In this document: positions 1-20,406 of the stretch, in pieces
Numbering within the stretch: the first letter of the stretch is position 1
Layout of the letters: each line of letters starts with the position of its first letter
From: the human T2T-CHM13v2.0 reference genome, Homo sapiens
Assembly: GCF_009914755.1 (NCBI RefSeq)
Contig: NC_060930.1
Strand: one strand, 5' to 3'
Length of the DNA: 64,000 bases
Program-made: the position numbers and the translations under genes
Notes under the pieces: generated by a model
Databases searched by the model: none
What the model was told of the DNA's origin: nothing
The model's input: only the letters and a program-made list of their open reading frames with translations

Positions 1-990
1 AGCTGCACTGCCCCCAACTCTGTCCTCCTCATTCCTGGGGAAACATGAGCTACAGGGGTGGGGAGGATTCTGCTCCCCTCGAAGGAGGCAGCAGCATTTC
101 TGCAAACACCCCTTGTCCTCCTCCTCCTCTTCAGCTTTCTCCCTCTCTTCCTGTACCCACCTCCCAGCAACCGACCCATCACCTAGACCCCCCAAAGAGG
201 ACAAAGCAGTGCTGGGGAAGAAAAGCCCACACGCCAGCTCCTACCCTCGTGGGCTGCATTTTAATGGCGTTTGATTGGATCCGATGCGCTTTTAATTCCC
301 TCCTGGGACATCAGAATGAGGGTAGAAAAGAATCTTTAATTCATCAAACTGAAATATTAATAGAATTCTAACCAGCTGGAGTGGGGTATGAGGCCCCCAC
401 AATGGAAGACAAGGGGGACAGGCAGGAGCAAGGTGGGAGGGTGGCTGGGGATGGGAAGGTGGGGCATCTCAGGAGGGCCAGGGCCTGCAGAGACCCAGGC
501 TGGGGGTGGAGTAGGTGGCACACCGGAGCCCTTGCTGCATGCCAGGTGCTCATCAGAGTCTCCACAACAGCCCTGTGATGGACCAGCCAGTGCAATGATT
601 CCACTCCACAAATGGGGAAGCTGAGAGGCACAGAGGAGGGAGGGTCCAGGTGTGAGCCCCTGCGGTGCGACCCTGGAGACCTCCTCACCTGCTGAGACAT
701 ATGGACTCCACCCTGGACAAGAAGGGACCTTGGCAGAAAACCCAGGGCTCCCCGACGCACACACCCAGCTCATCCCTATATCCCCACCCCTGAGCCTCTC
801 CTCAGCCCTCCCTACCTCCGGGATCTGCATCACCCCTTCAGGGTACAGACACGCACGCAGGGCCCAGAGAGGCCAGGGCTGCACAGAGATTTCATGCCTG
901 GCTCAGTCTCTGGCCTCAGTCCCTGCCCCAGATTCTGGCCAGCCCAGCTCCAAGCCTCCATCCCCCACACTCCGGGCATCTCCATCCTCA

Positions 991-1667
<677 letters not shown>

Positions 1668-2174
1668 CTAGGCTCTTTCCACAGCCACATTCAGCCGTAT
1701 TCAGCCTGGGCTGTGACATTCCCCACTGCGTGGGCACTTGACCTCTCCAGCCCAGGTTTCCTCATTGGTAAGGAGAGGAAGATAAAGCCCACAGCTCAGG
1801 CTGCTGCGATGGCCCTGTGAGATGGTGAGCACGGCTCCCCGCACACACCTCCCCTCACCGCGGTCCTGCTCCCCGACCCCAGCCCAGCCCAGCCCCTGGG
1901 CCCTCTCGTTCTCACCTCTGTGGCCAAATTACCTTCTCTTCGGCACCCAAAAGCCCCCTCCTCAACTTTCAAGGCCCAGCTTAAGCAGCACCCCTAGTCC
2001 AGAATTCCGAGGCATCCCGCTCACTGGTCTGCCTTCCCAGACCGGAAGGAATGTGTCCCTTCCCACCCCATTTCTTTGGTCCAGCTGGTTTACAGTCCTT
2101 GGGCAACAAATGTGACATGGGTGGGTGGTCGGATGGACAGACAGATGGGAGGTTAGATGGACGGATGGTCCTGA

Positions 2175-2176
<2 letters not shown>

Positions 2177-2220
<44 letters not shown>
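2177..2220. repeat. (AC)22 microsatellite
   Basis: Read directly; about 450 bp into the intron following the GRM4 alternative exon. Confidence 0.97.
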
Positions 2221-2223
<3 letters not shown>

Positions 2224-2670
2224 TAGACTTCAGGAAGCTCGTGGGAAATGCGGGACAAAAAGCAGCAGCAGGAGGGCAGGGAGACAGACACGTGGGGGGG
2301 AGTCGGCACCCCGGCCCGGCTCTCTGTGCCCGCAGAAGGGAGTGCCACTGCCCCGGGCAGGCCCCTTGCGCCGGCCTCCTCAGGATGGAGGGCCAGTTCA
2401 GCCACCCCAGAAACGCGGCAAGATCGCTGAGAAGAACGTGAGGAGCCTCGATTCCCGCGCGCCCGAGCGCGAGCCTAGCGCCCCACCAGCCAGGCTCCCC
2501 ATCGCGGGCCAGCACCGCCGCCCGGTGGCCGAACGCCCTCATTGCACCCAGCGGCCGGGCCTGGGGCGGGTCCGAGCGGGACCCAGGCCCAGTCTACGCC
2601 TCCCACAGTGCTGGGCACCTCCCCGTCCCACGCCCGGGGACACGCCCGGATTGAGAGGCTTGTTTTTCAC

Positions 2671-2982
2671 CTGAGCAGATTCCGGAAGGAGGCAGCGGGG
2701 GCGGCGGGGGTCTATTTCAGGGCTGCTTCCCAGCTGGGCGGCCGCCCCCTCGGATTCGTGCGCGGCCAGGCTCACCTGCTCTCCTGGCAGGGAGGGGCCT
2801 CTTGTGCGCACCCACACACACCGGCAAAATCCAAAGGACCTGGGCGGGAGGCGGCAGGTGAGGTTTCCTTGGTGGGAGGAAGGTGGGGTACAGGGGTGGG
2901 GTGCGATGCAGAGGCGTAGAGGGGAGCAAGGAGGGGCGCGCCAGCCGCAGGAAGCTGCAACTCCAGGCTCCCAAGCCGGCAT
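2671..2982 (-). CDS. GRM4: Alternative first coding exon of metabotropic glutamate receptor 4 (104 aa, MPAWEPGVAASC...PRCLLPESAQ); downstream exons lie beyond the left edge of the window
   Basis: ATG at 2982-2980 within ORF 2539..3039(-). Donor CAG|GTGAAA follows 2671, giving 312 nt, phase 0. I recognise the peptide as the N-terminus of a GRM4 isoform that continues IPQISYAST. A KRT18 pseudogene about 35 kb away fits the GRM4/KRT18P9 arrangement. Confidence 0.85.
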
Positions 2983-3026
2983 CCTCCCACTCTCAGCATC
3001 TCCTGAGCTCCCTCTGTGTGACAGGC

Positions 3027-3317
3027 CGGCGGTTCGCAACCTCGACGCACATTGGAGTTACCTAGAGAGCTTTAAAATTTCCCTGTGTCCAGGCCGCATC
3101 CCAAACCAATTAAAATCTGTTTTTTTGTTTTGGGACAGACAGGGTCTCGCCATGTTGCCCAGGCTGGTCTTGAATTCCTGGGCTCAAGCGATCCTCCAGC
3201 AAAGCGCTGGGATTACGGACAGGAGCTGCGGCGCCGGCCTAAACCAGATTGTGTGCGGGAGGACCCAGGCTCCAGCTATCCCAGAAGATGCCAGGTGCAG
3301 CCACGCCTGAGACCTCC
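3027..3317. mobile_element. MER5-type hAT-Charlie MITE interrupted by an Alu monomer (FLAM-like, about 3120-3240, minus)
   Basis: GGTTCGCAACCTCGACGCACATTGGAGTTACCT...GAGCTTTAAAA...CCAAACCAATTAAAATC and GGACCCAGGC...GTGCAGCCACGCCTGAGA resemble the two halves of MER5A. Confidence 0.7.
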
Positions 3318-3688
3318 ATGCCAGGCATTACAGGCGCTGCCAGGCATTATAGGCACAGCGTCGGCAGACTCTGGCAGGGGGTAGCCCCTTTCATCTTCAT
3401 CACAGCCCCAGAGGTACATAGGGCGTTCTCTATCTTCAGAAGCTAAGAGAACTTAGCCAGGAGTTGGGCTTCAACCCCCTACGCCCAGCCCTGTGCCATG
3501 TCTGTCCAGGCAAACTAAAGCCCCATATGCTGAGAGAGATTGTCACTAACATGTGTCATTACCTGTGCAATATTTTAATATTTTTACTAATAATACAGCC
3601 ATGTCCTGCCAGGGGCCCAAGCGCTGAGGACAGAGGGACAGAGTGGAGAGCCAGGGCAGGCAGGCACTCCATGAAAAGAGCTATTTTA

Positions 3689-4013
3689 GGCCGGGTGCGG
3701 TGGCTCATGCCTGTAATCCCAACACTTTGGGAGGCCGAGGAGGGTGGATCATCTGAGGTCAGGAGTTTGAGACCAGCCTGGCCAGCTTGGCGAAACCCCG
3801 TCTCTACTAAAAATACAAAAATTAACTAGGCGCGTAGTCCCAGCTTCTCAGGAGGCTGAGGCAGGAGAATCGCTAAATCCAGGAGATGGAGGTTGCAGTG
3901 AGCCAAGATTGCGCCATTGCACTCCAGCCTGGGCGACAGAGCGAGACTCCATCTAAGAAAGAAAGAAAGAGAGAAAGAGAGAGAGAAAGAAAGAGAGAAA
4001 GAAAGGAAGAAAA
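3689..4013 (+). mobile_element. AluS with GA-rich tail and 16-bp TSD
   Basis: GAAAAGAGCTATTTTA at 3673-3688 and 4014-4029. Confidence 0.93.
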
Positions 4014-5559
4014 GAAAAGAGCTATTTTAAAAGTTAAAAGTGCAAATGTCAAGGAGTGTGTGGGTAGGGAGAGGTGTGTGAGTTTCACACACTGGAGCCA
4101 ACTGAAGCTCAAGTGCTCCCAGGCCCCACCCTCTCAGGCAAAGTGGGGGAGAGGGCCCTGGGGCCTCTGCCCTATTCCAGGTCCGTTAACAGACCGGGAT
4201 GTGAAAACTGCAGCACTAACAGCTGTGTATTGTCACCATCTGCCCCATTTGAAAGACAAAGGGACTGAGTGGGAGATGTGAAGTGGTTTGTCCAAGGGCA
4301 CTGGATGAATCTCCAAGTCCCGTCACTTCCAACTCCAAAACATATTCTGCATCTACACATCCACATGGGGGGAACTCAGAGGTAATGTTGAGCAAAAGAA
4401 GCCAGACTCAAGCAGACATGCACAAACTCTATGTGATTCCATTTCTACAAAGTATAAAAACCGGCCTATAGTGAGAGAAGTCAGAATATTGGTTACCTTT
4501 GAAGTGGGTAGAGACCAAAAGGGACATGCAGGGGCCCCTGGGGGCTTCTTCCTTCACCTGGGTGCTGTTCTGTCCTTCACCTGGGTGCTGATGACATGGG
4601 TGTGTTCACTCTGAAAGTGTTTTGTTTCAATAAATACATGGAGGGGGTGCAGTGGCTCATGCCTGTAATCCCAACACTTTAGGAGGCCAAGGCAGGAGGA
4701 TCACTTGAGCCCAGAAGTTTGAGACCAGCCTGAGAAACATAAGAAGACCCTGTCTCTACAAAAAATAAACAATAAAAAAAAATAGCCAGGTATGGTGGTA
4801 TGTGCTTGTGGTCACAGCTACTCAGGAGGCTGAGGTGGGAGGATCACTGGAACACAGGACGTTGAGGCTGCCGTGAGCTGAGATTGCACCACTGCACTCC
4901 ACCCTGGGTGACAGAGTGAGACCATGTCTGTAAATAAATAAATAAAGGAATTCCAAAGGTGTCCAGTTCCCAGAAATGCCCCTGCACTCGGGATGGCTTG
5001 AAACAGGAGCTCCAAGCATCTCCACCTCTCCCTCCAGCTCACCTCCGCCTCGCCCTGCAATCCAGCCTCATCCAGGTGGCAGGAAGTACGCTGCTGCATC
5101 TAGGATTCTTCAGCTGCAAACAGCAGGATGCCTCTGGCCAATTTAAGCAATAAATGTAAAAATTGTAAAAGAAAATAACAGGAACTGACTTGACAACACA
5201 CGTGTAACTTGCTGACGGTCACTGCTGTTCACTGAGAGGACGTGAGCTGCCTTCCAGGCTCCCTTAGGATAATGGCAGCCACCGTAACCCAGCCTCTTTG
5301 CATAGCCCCCCAAAGCCATGCAGAACAACAGGGAGAGCAAAGAAAGTCATTCCTACACCCTGCCCTTAACATCATCTGTGGATGGAGCACTACAAACTCC
5401 TTCCACAACCAAGTAGAGAAATAAACATCTGAAAATGACAGAACAAGGTCTGGAGCCCAGAGAGTACACAGTCCGGTGGAGACTCCATACAAAAGAGGAG
5501 AGGGCAGCCAAGGCCTGAGTGTAGACACAAACAATGACCCCAGAGAGAGCAAGGCCTGC

Positions 5560-9173
<3,614 letters not shown>

Positions 9174-10373
9174 AACAGACATTGTCCACTATGCAGGGTG
9201 AACCCTGGATAACCTTAGAGCCCAGAGGAGAAGCAGCAGGCTCAGACCTGGGTGAGGGCAGGGAGGCTGCTGGGCAAACACCAGGGTTGGGCCTTGGAGT
9301 GATGGGCACTCCAGGTTGCCTCACGTGCCCCTGCCCTGCACAGCAGCGGGCTTAGACCAGCCTGGTGTTTTCTCCCAGGAACCTGGAAGAGAGAGAGAGA
9401 GAGATTGACTCTAATTGTGTGCTGCACCTGTCATTCATGAATTGGGACACTCACCGCCCTGCAGCCTGAGAGGAAATGAAAATCTGCCCACATATGGAGA
9501 AGGAAGAGGGAAAATGAGCTTGCCTCCTTAGACCTGGCCGTGTCCCTGCCCACCTCTGACCATGGCTCCCCTTCATGCAGCTGAAAGGGGCCTCTGTTCT
9601 TCCCAGCTCCAGTCCTCCCACAAGTACAAAGCGAAGAGGTCAGAAGCCCAAACCAAGCAGCTGGGGGGAATCATTCAACAAGCCCAAGGTCCAGGGAGGG
9701 TGTGGGCACAGGGTCCCCTCTGATGGGGGAAGGAGTTGGGACTTACTGCAAGGCAATGGACGCTGGTGATGAAACCTTTTAGGAAAATCCTCTTGATGTA
9801 GAGTGGATAATGGCCCCAAGGGGGCAAAGCTGGAGGCAGGGAGGCCCATTAGGAAGCTGTTGGGGTAATCCTAAGGGTCACACAGAGCTCAGACAGGTGG
9901 CAGGGGGTGGAGAAGGAAAAGATGCAGAGACGATAGGGGAGAGTCGGCCTGGCTCGGGTCACGGGGGCGGGCTCAGAAGGGACCCATCTAGGAGGTGTAG
10001 AGCTGAGCCAATGATGCCAGTGTTGGTTGATGTTGGGAACACAGGAGAAGCAGAATTGGGGTCTGCCAGGGAAAGATTCAGGGATCCCCAATAATATCTT
10101 CAAATATTTCCAGGCAGCAGGTTGAATATTCTCATTCCATGGCCCAAGGAGGAGAACTTGTCCAGAGAGAGAAACCACAGACAGGAAGAAGTGTCTTCCA
10201 CATGGCGAATCCAAGTCAGGAGGCTGAAGCAGTCGGCCACCGCGGGAACGGCTGCCCCAGGGAAAGGGAGGTCCTTGCCCGGCAAGGTGTGCACTGGAGG
10301 ACCAGCATCACTGCATGGCCACGTGTCACAGATACTGCAGGTGACTCAAGCATCAGACAACAAGGAGATCAAA

Positions 10374-11000
<627 letters not shown>

Positions 11001-11570
11001 AGGAGATAAAATTTCTATGATTCTCTGAGAGGCAACATGAAGAACACGAAGAACGCAGGACTTGGAGCCTCGGGTCTGAGACAACCACAAAGCTTGGCCT
11101 TGGCCAAGTCCCTAAACCTCTCTGAAAAGTAGCTGTAGAGAGGAATGAAAATCTGTCATGGACTGTATGAGGAACCAGTGAGAGGCTGAAGGTGACCCGC
11201 TTTGTAACCATGAAGAACTCTCCCAGGCAGGAGAGCTACTCAATGTGGGGGCAATGGGGGCGATCACAAGCTTGGGAGCAGATGACTCGGTACCACATTC
11301 CAGGCCTGCACCGAGCCTCCCCGGGCCTCCCGCGCCTCCTCCCTCCAACCACATCTGCCGAAAGTGTTGCCAGCCAGGAGACCCTCACAGTGCAAGAGTA
11401 ACAGAATCGGGGAGCGTGTGTCCCTGCTGTAGCAGATGTGCCTGGGCAGCTACTGATACCCCTCCCCACAGGGACAGAAGCTGCTCCCTCCTCTCGAGAA
11501 GACAGGGATCTTAGGAAGGAGGACAGGGCAGCTGCTTTCTCAGCCGGCCTGGTTCTTTGACAGGTTCTGA

Positions 11571-11864
<294 letters not shown>

Positions 11865-14800
11865 TAGTAGAGACGGGGTTTCACCATGTTGACCAGGCTG
11901 GTCTCGAACTCCTGACCTTGTAATCCGCCCGCCTCGGCCTCCCAAACCGCTGGGATTACAGGCGTGAGCCACCACGCCAGGACTATTTTTCCTTTTTTTA
12001 AATTAATTTTTAATTTTTGTGGATACATAGTAGGCGTATATATTTTACGGGTTACATAAGACATTCTGATGCACGCATGCAATGTGTAATAATCACATCA
12101 GGGTAAATGTATCCATCACCTGAAGCATTTATCCTTTGTGTTACACACAATCCAATTATATTATTTGTTTTTTTTAAATGTACAATTAAATTATTTTTTC
12201 CTATAGCCCTGGCACAGTGGCTCATGCCTGTAATCCCAGCACTTTGGGAGGCCAAGGCGGGCTGATCACTTGAGGTCAGGAGTTTGAGACTAGCCTGGCC
12301 AACATGGTAAAACCCCATCTCTACTAAAAATACAAAATGAGGCAGGCTTGGTGGTACATGCCTGTAATCCCAGCTACTCAGGAGGCTAAGGCACGAGAAT
12401 CACTTGAACCCAGGAGGTGGAGGTTGCAGTGCGTCGAGATCACTGCACTCCAGCCTGGGCAACAGAATGAGACTCTGTCTCAAAAAAATAAAAAATAAAA
12501 AAATATATTTTTTACTCTAGTCACCCTGTTGTGCTGGCAAATACTAGGTCTATCCATTCTTTCTATTTTTTGTATCCATTAACCATCTCCACTTCCCCGC
12601 CACCCCCCAACTACCCTTCCCAACCCGCTGGTAACCATCCTTCTACTCTCTATCTCCATGAGTTCAATTGTTTTTATTTTTAGTTCCCACAAATAAGTGA
12701 GAACATGCAAAGTTTGTCTTTCTGTGTCTGGCTTATTTCACTTAACATGATGACCTCCAGTTCTATCCATGTTGTTGTAAATGACAGCATCTTATTTTTT
12801 TTATCGCTGAATAGTGCTCCATTGTGTATAAGTACCACATTTTCTTTATCCATTCATCTGCTGATGAACATTTAGGTTGCTTCCAAATCTTGGCTACTGT
12901 GAATAGTGCTGCAGAAAAATGGGAGTGCAGATATCTCTTCGACACACTGATTTCCTTTCTTTGGGTGTATACCTAGCAGTGGGATTGCTGGATCATATGG
13001 TACTTCTATTTTTAGTTTTTTGAGGAACCTCCAAACTGTTCTCCATAGTGGCTGTACTACTTTACATTCTCACCAACAGTGTATGAGGGTTTTCTTTTCT
13101 CCACAACACCCCCAGCATTCATTATCGCCTGTCTTGGAATAAAAGCCATTTCAACTGGGGTGAGATGACATTTCATTGTAGTTTTGATTTGCATTTATCT
13201 GATGATCAGTGATATTGAGTACATTTTCATATGCCTGTTTGCCATTTGTATGTCTTCTTTTACGAAATGTCTATTCAGACCTTTTGCCCACTTTTTATTA
13301 GATTTTTATTAGGTTATTTCTTATAGAGTTATTTGAACTCCTTATATATTCTGGTTATTAATCCCCTGTCAGATGGGTAGTTTTGATATATTTTCTACCA
13401 TTTCTTGGGTTGTTTCTTCCCTTTGTTGATGGGTTCCTCTGCTGTGCTGGAGCTTTTTAACATGATATGGTCCCATTTGACCATTTTTGTTTTGGTTGCC
13501 TGTGCTTGTGGGGTATTAGTCAAGAAATTTCTGCCCACTCCAATGTCTTGGGGGGTTTCCCTAGTGTTTTCTTTTAGTAGTTTCATAGTTTGAAGTCTTA
13601 GATTTAAGTCTTTAATCCATTTTGATTTGATATTTGTATATGGTGAGAGATAGGGGACTACCTTCATTCTTCTGCATATGGATATCCAGTTTTCCCAGCA
13701 TCGTTTATTGAAGAGACTGTCCAAGAGACTGTTCTTGGCACCTTTGTCAAAAACGAGTTCACTGTAAATGTAAGGATTTATTTCTGGCTTCTCTATTCTG
13801 TTCCACTGGTCTATGTCTCCGTTTTTATGCCAGTACCATGTCATTTTGGTTCCTATAGCTCTGTAGTATAATTTGAAGTCAGGTAATGCGATCTCTCCAC
13901 TTTTGTTCATTTTGCTTAGGATAGCTTTGGCTATTCTGGGTCTTTTGTGATTACATATAAATCTTAGGAATTTTTTTCTATTTCTGTGAAGGATGTCATT
14001 GGTATTTTTGTAGAGATTGCATTAAATCTGTATACTGCTTTGGGTAGTATGGACATTTTAACAATATTGATTCTTCCAATCCATGAACATGGAATATCTT
14101 TCCATTTTTTGTGTGTCCTCTTCAATGCCTTGCATCTGTGTTTTATAGTTTTGATTGTAGCGATCTTTCACTTATTTGGTTCAGTTAATTCCTAGGTATT
14201 CTATTTTATTTGTAGCTATCACAAATGAGATTACTTCCTTGATTTCTTTTTCAGATTATTCACTGTTGGCATGTATAAATGCTACTGATCGTTATGTGTT
14301 GATTTTGTATCCTGCAACTCTACTGAATTTGTTTATCAGTTGTAATAGTTTTTTGGTGGAGTCTTTAGGTGTTTCTAAATGTAAGATCATATCATCTGCA
14401 AACAAGGATAATTTGACTTCTTTCTTTCCAAGTTGGATGCCCTTTATTTCCTTCTCTTGTCTGATTGTTCTAGCTATGCCTTCCAGTGCTATGTTGAACA
14501 ACAGTGGTAAAAGTGGGCATCCTTGTCATGTTCCAGATCTTAGAGGGATGACTTTCAGTTTATCCTCATTCAGTTTGATACTAGCCATGGATCTGTCATA
14601 TATGGCTTTTATTATGTTGAGGTATGTTCCTTCTACCCAGTTTTATCACGAAAGGATGTTGCATTTTATCAAATGCTTTTTCAGCATCAGTTGTTTTTTG
14701 TCCTTCATTCTGTTGATATGATGTATCACATGGATTGATTTGCATATGTTTAATCATTCATGGGATAAATCTCACTTGGTGATGATGAACGATCTTTCCA

Positions 14801-15084
14801 ATGTGTTGTTGAATTCAGTTTACTAGTATTTTGTTGAGGATTTTTGCATCAATATTCATCAGCAATATTAGCCTGTAGTTTTTTTTAATGTATCCTTGTC
14901 TGGTTTTGGTATCAGGGTAATAGTAGCCTTATGGAATGAGTTGGAAATATTCTCTCCTTCTCTATTTTTTGGTCTAGTTTGAGTAGGATCTGTATTCATT
15001 CTTCTTTAAGTCTTTGGTAGAATTCAACAGTGAAGTCATCAGGTCTCAGGCTTATCTTTGCTGGGGACTTTTTATTATGGCTTC

Positions 15085-15819
<735 letters not shown>

Positions 15820-16550
15820 GCTTTGATATCATTACTTGTTATTGGTTTATTCAGGTTTTGGATTTCTTCATGGTTCAATCTTGGTAGGTGGTGTGTGTCT
15901 AGGAATTTATCCATTTCTTCTAGATTTTCCAATTTATTGGCATATAGTTGCCCATAATAGCCATAATGATCCTTTGAGTTTCTGCGATATTGGTCGTAAT
16001 ATCTCCTTTTCCATCTCTGATTTTATTTATTTGGGCCTTCTCTCTTTTTTCTAGTTAGTCTGGCTAAGGGTTTGTCAATTTTATTTACCTTTTCCATAAA
16101 ACAACTTTTTGTTTCACTGATATTTTGTATTATTTTCGTCATTTCAATTTCATCTATCTCTGCTCTTTATTATTTATTTTCTTCTACTAATTTTGGTTTT
16201 GGTTTGTTCCTGATCTTGTAGTTCTTTAAGATGCATCATTATGTTGTTTATTTGAAGTTTTTCTTATTTTTTGATGTAGGCACTTATAAGTATAAATTTC
16301 CCTCTTAGTACTGCTTTTGCTGTATCCCGTAGGTTTTGGTATGTTGTTTTCTATTATCATCTGTTTCAATAACTTTTTCAACTTTCTTCTTAATTTCTTC
16401 GTTGACCCACTGGTCATTCAGGAGCATATTATTTAATTTCCATTTGTTTGTATAGTTGCCAAAATTCCTGTTGTTATTGATTTCTAGCTTTATTCCATTG
16501 TAGTCAGAGAAGATGCTTGATATTATTTCAAATTTTTTTGAATGTTTTAA

Positions 16551-16826
<276 letters not shown>

Positions 16827-17059
16827 TGATCCACCTGTCTCGGCCTCCCAAAGTGCTGGGATTACAGGCATGAGCCACTGCGCCCAGGTTTTTTTTCTTT
16901 TTTTCAGACAGAGTCTCATTCTGTCACCCAGGATGGAGTGCAGTGGCATGATCTAGGCTCACTGCAACCTCTGCCTCCCAGGTTCAAGCAATTCTCATGC
17001 CTCAGTCTCCTGAGTAGCTGGGACTACAAGTGCATGCCACCATGCCCAGCTAAATTTTT

Positions 17060-17103
<44 letters not shown>

Positions 17104-17128
17104 TTTTAGACAGAATCTCTCTCTGTAG

Positions 17129-17377
<249 letters not shown>

Positions 17378-18380
17378 TAATAGAGATGGGGTTTCACCAT
17401 GATAGCCAGGCTGGTTTCAAACTCCTGGCCTCAAGTGACCCACTTGCCTCAGCCTCCAAAAGTGCCACAATTACAGGTGTGAGCCACCACATCTGGCTTT
17501 GGTCTACATACTTTCTTTTTCCCTTCTTATAGTTTTTGTCTTGAAATCTATTTTGTCTGATATCAGTATAGCTGCTCCCGCTCTTTTTTTGTTTCCATTG
17601 GCATGGAATATCTTTTCCTATCCTTTTATTTTCAGCCTATATGTGTATTCATAGGTGAGGTGTGTTTCTTGCAGGCAACAGATTATTGGGTCTTGTTTTT
17701 TTATCCATTGAGCCATTCTATGTCTTTTGATTGGAGAGTTTAGTCCATTTACATGCAATGTTATTCTTGATAAGTAAGGACTTACTTCTGCCATTTTGTT
17801 ATTTGTTTTCTGGTTGTTTTGTGATCTTCTCATCCTCTTTCCTTTCTTCCTGTCTTTTTTTGTAGTGAAGGTGATTTTCTCTGGTGATATGATTTAATTT
17901 CCTGCTTTTTTTATTTTTTGTGTATCTGTTGTGTTTCTCGATTTGAGGTTACCATGAGGCTTGCAAATACTATCTTATAACCCATTATTTTAAGCTGATA
18001 ACAACTTAATTCTGCTTGCACAAACTAACAAGCAAGAAGAAAACTAGTAAAAACTCTACACTTTAACTTTGTCTCCCCACTTTTTCATAGAAACAACAAA
18101 GCCTCATGGAGCCACCAGGCCTGGCCCCAATTGGCAGAGTTTTTAAATGACCAGTTGCAGCGCTGGCCGTGTTTCAGCTCACTGAGTCCTCTCACGTGTT
18201 GCTGATGAGAATGGGAAACATGCTTGACCTTTCTGGCAAGCAGCTCAATTGTGCATAGGACTTGAGGAGGATTCAGCTCTTCGATCTGCTAATCCCATTT
18301 CTAGGAATCTCTCTCTGACATAATTTAAAAAGGGGTCAGAGGTTTATGTCCCAGCATCTGAAATTCATTCCATCATTACA

Positions 18381-18417
<37 letters not shown>

Positions 18418-18503
18418 TAATAAAAGAAAAAATATAAATGTCCAACAAGAGACAATTGGTAAAACATATTAAGAGTGAAGGATAGGTCAGGCATGGTGGC
18501 TCA

Positions 18504-18764
<261 letters not shown>

Positions 18765-18766
18765 TC

Positions 18767-18783
18767 AAGAAAGAGAGAGAAAA

Positions 18784-18814
<31 letters not shown>

Positions 18815-18938
18815 AAGGAAGGAAGGAAGGAAGGAAGGAAGGAAGGAAGGAAGGAAGGAAGGAAGGAAGGAAGGAAGGAAAGAAAGAAGGAAAGAAAGGA
18901 GGGAGGGAGGGAAGGAGGGAGGGAGGGAGGGAGGAAGA
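18767..18938 (+). repeat. Polypurine Alu tail including (GGAA)16 at 18817-18880
   Basis: Read directly. Confidence 0.95.
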
Positions 18939-19734
18939 ATGTTTCCTGCCTATGTCTTGAAACGTTGTTGTAGTTACTATTTTTGATTGGTTCATCTTTT
19001 AGTCTTTGTACTTAAGAGTGTTTACACATCACAGTTACAGTGTTATAATATTCTATGTTTTTCAGTGTACTTACTATTGCCAGTGAGTTTTGTACTTTCA
19101 GATGATGTCTTATTGCTCATTAACGTTATTTTCTTTCGGATTGAAGAACTCTCTTTTGCATTTATTTTGGACTTTGATGAAATCCCTTAGCTTTTGTTTG
19201 TCTGAGAAAGTATTTCTCCCTCGTGTTTGAAGGGTATTTTCACCAGATATACTATTCTATGGTAACAGTTTCTTTCCTTCAGCACTTTAAATATGTCATG
19301 CCACTCTCTCTTGGCCTGTAAATCTCCCACTGAAAAGTCTGCTGCCAGGTGTGCTGGAGCTCCGTTGTATTTTGTTTGTTTCTTTTCTCTGGCTGCTTTT
19401 AGTATCCTTTCTTTATCCTTGACCTTTTGGAGTTTGATTATTAAATGTTTTGAGGTAGTCTTCTTTGGGTTAAATCTGCTTGCTGTTCTAGAACCTTCTT
19501 GTACTTGGGTATTGATATCTTTCTCTAGGTTTGAGAAGTTCTCTGTTATTATCCCTTTGAATAAACTTTCTACCCGTCTCTTTCTCCACCTCTTCTTTAA
19601 GGCCAGTAACTCTTAGATTTGTCCTTTGAGGCTATTTTCTGAATCCTGTAGGTGTGCTTTATTATTTTTTATTCTTTTTCCTTTTGTCTCCTCTGACTGT
19701 GTATTTTCAAATAGCCTGTCTTCAAGCTCACTAA

Positions 19735-20406
<672 letters not shown>

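Larger units (their letters stand above)
2240..3370. promoter_or_regulatory. CpG island / distal GRM4 promoter region
   Basis: Dense CpGs and GC boxes (GGGGCGGG about 2562, GGGGGCGGCGGGG about 2697). Even the MER5A and Alu monomer at its edge retain CpGs. Confidence 0.8.

Noticed and set aside
2051-2674. 207-aa plus-strand ORF with a (TH)n run
   Set aside because: Product of the (AC)22 repeat and CpG-island composition.
2983-3039. 19-aa N-terminal extension of the GRM4 exon suggested by the ORF track
   Set aside because: It begins at a non-ATG codon at the MER5 edge; the first ATG is at 2982.
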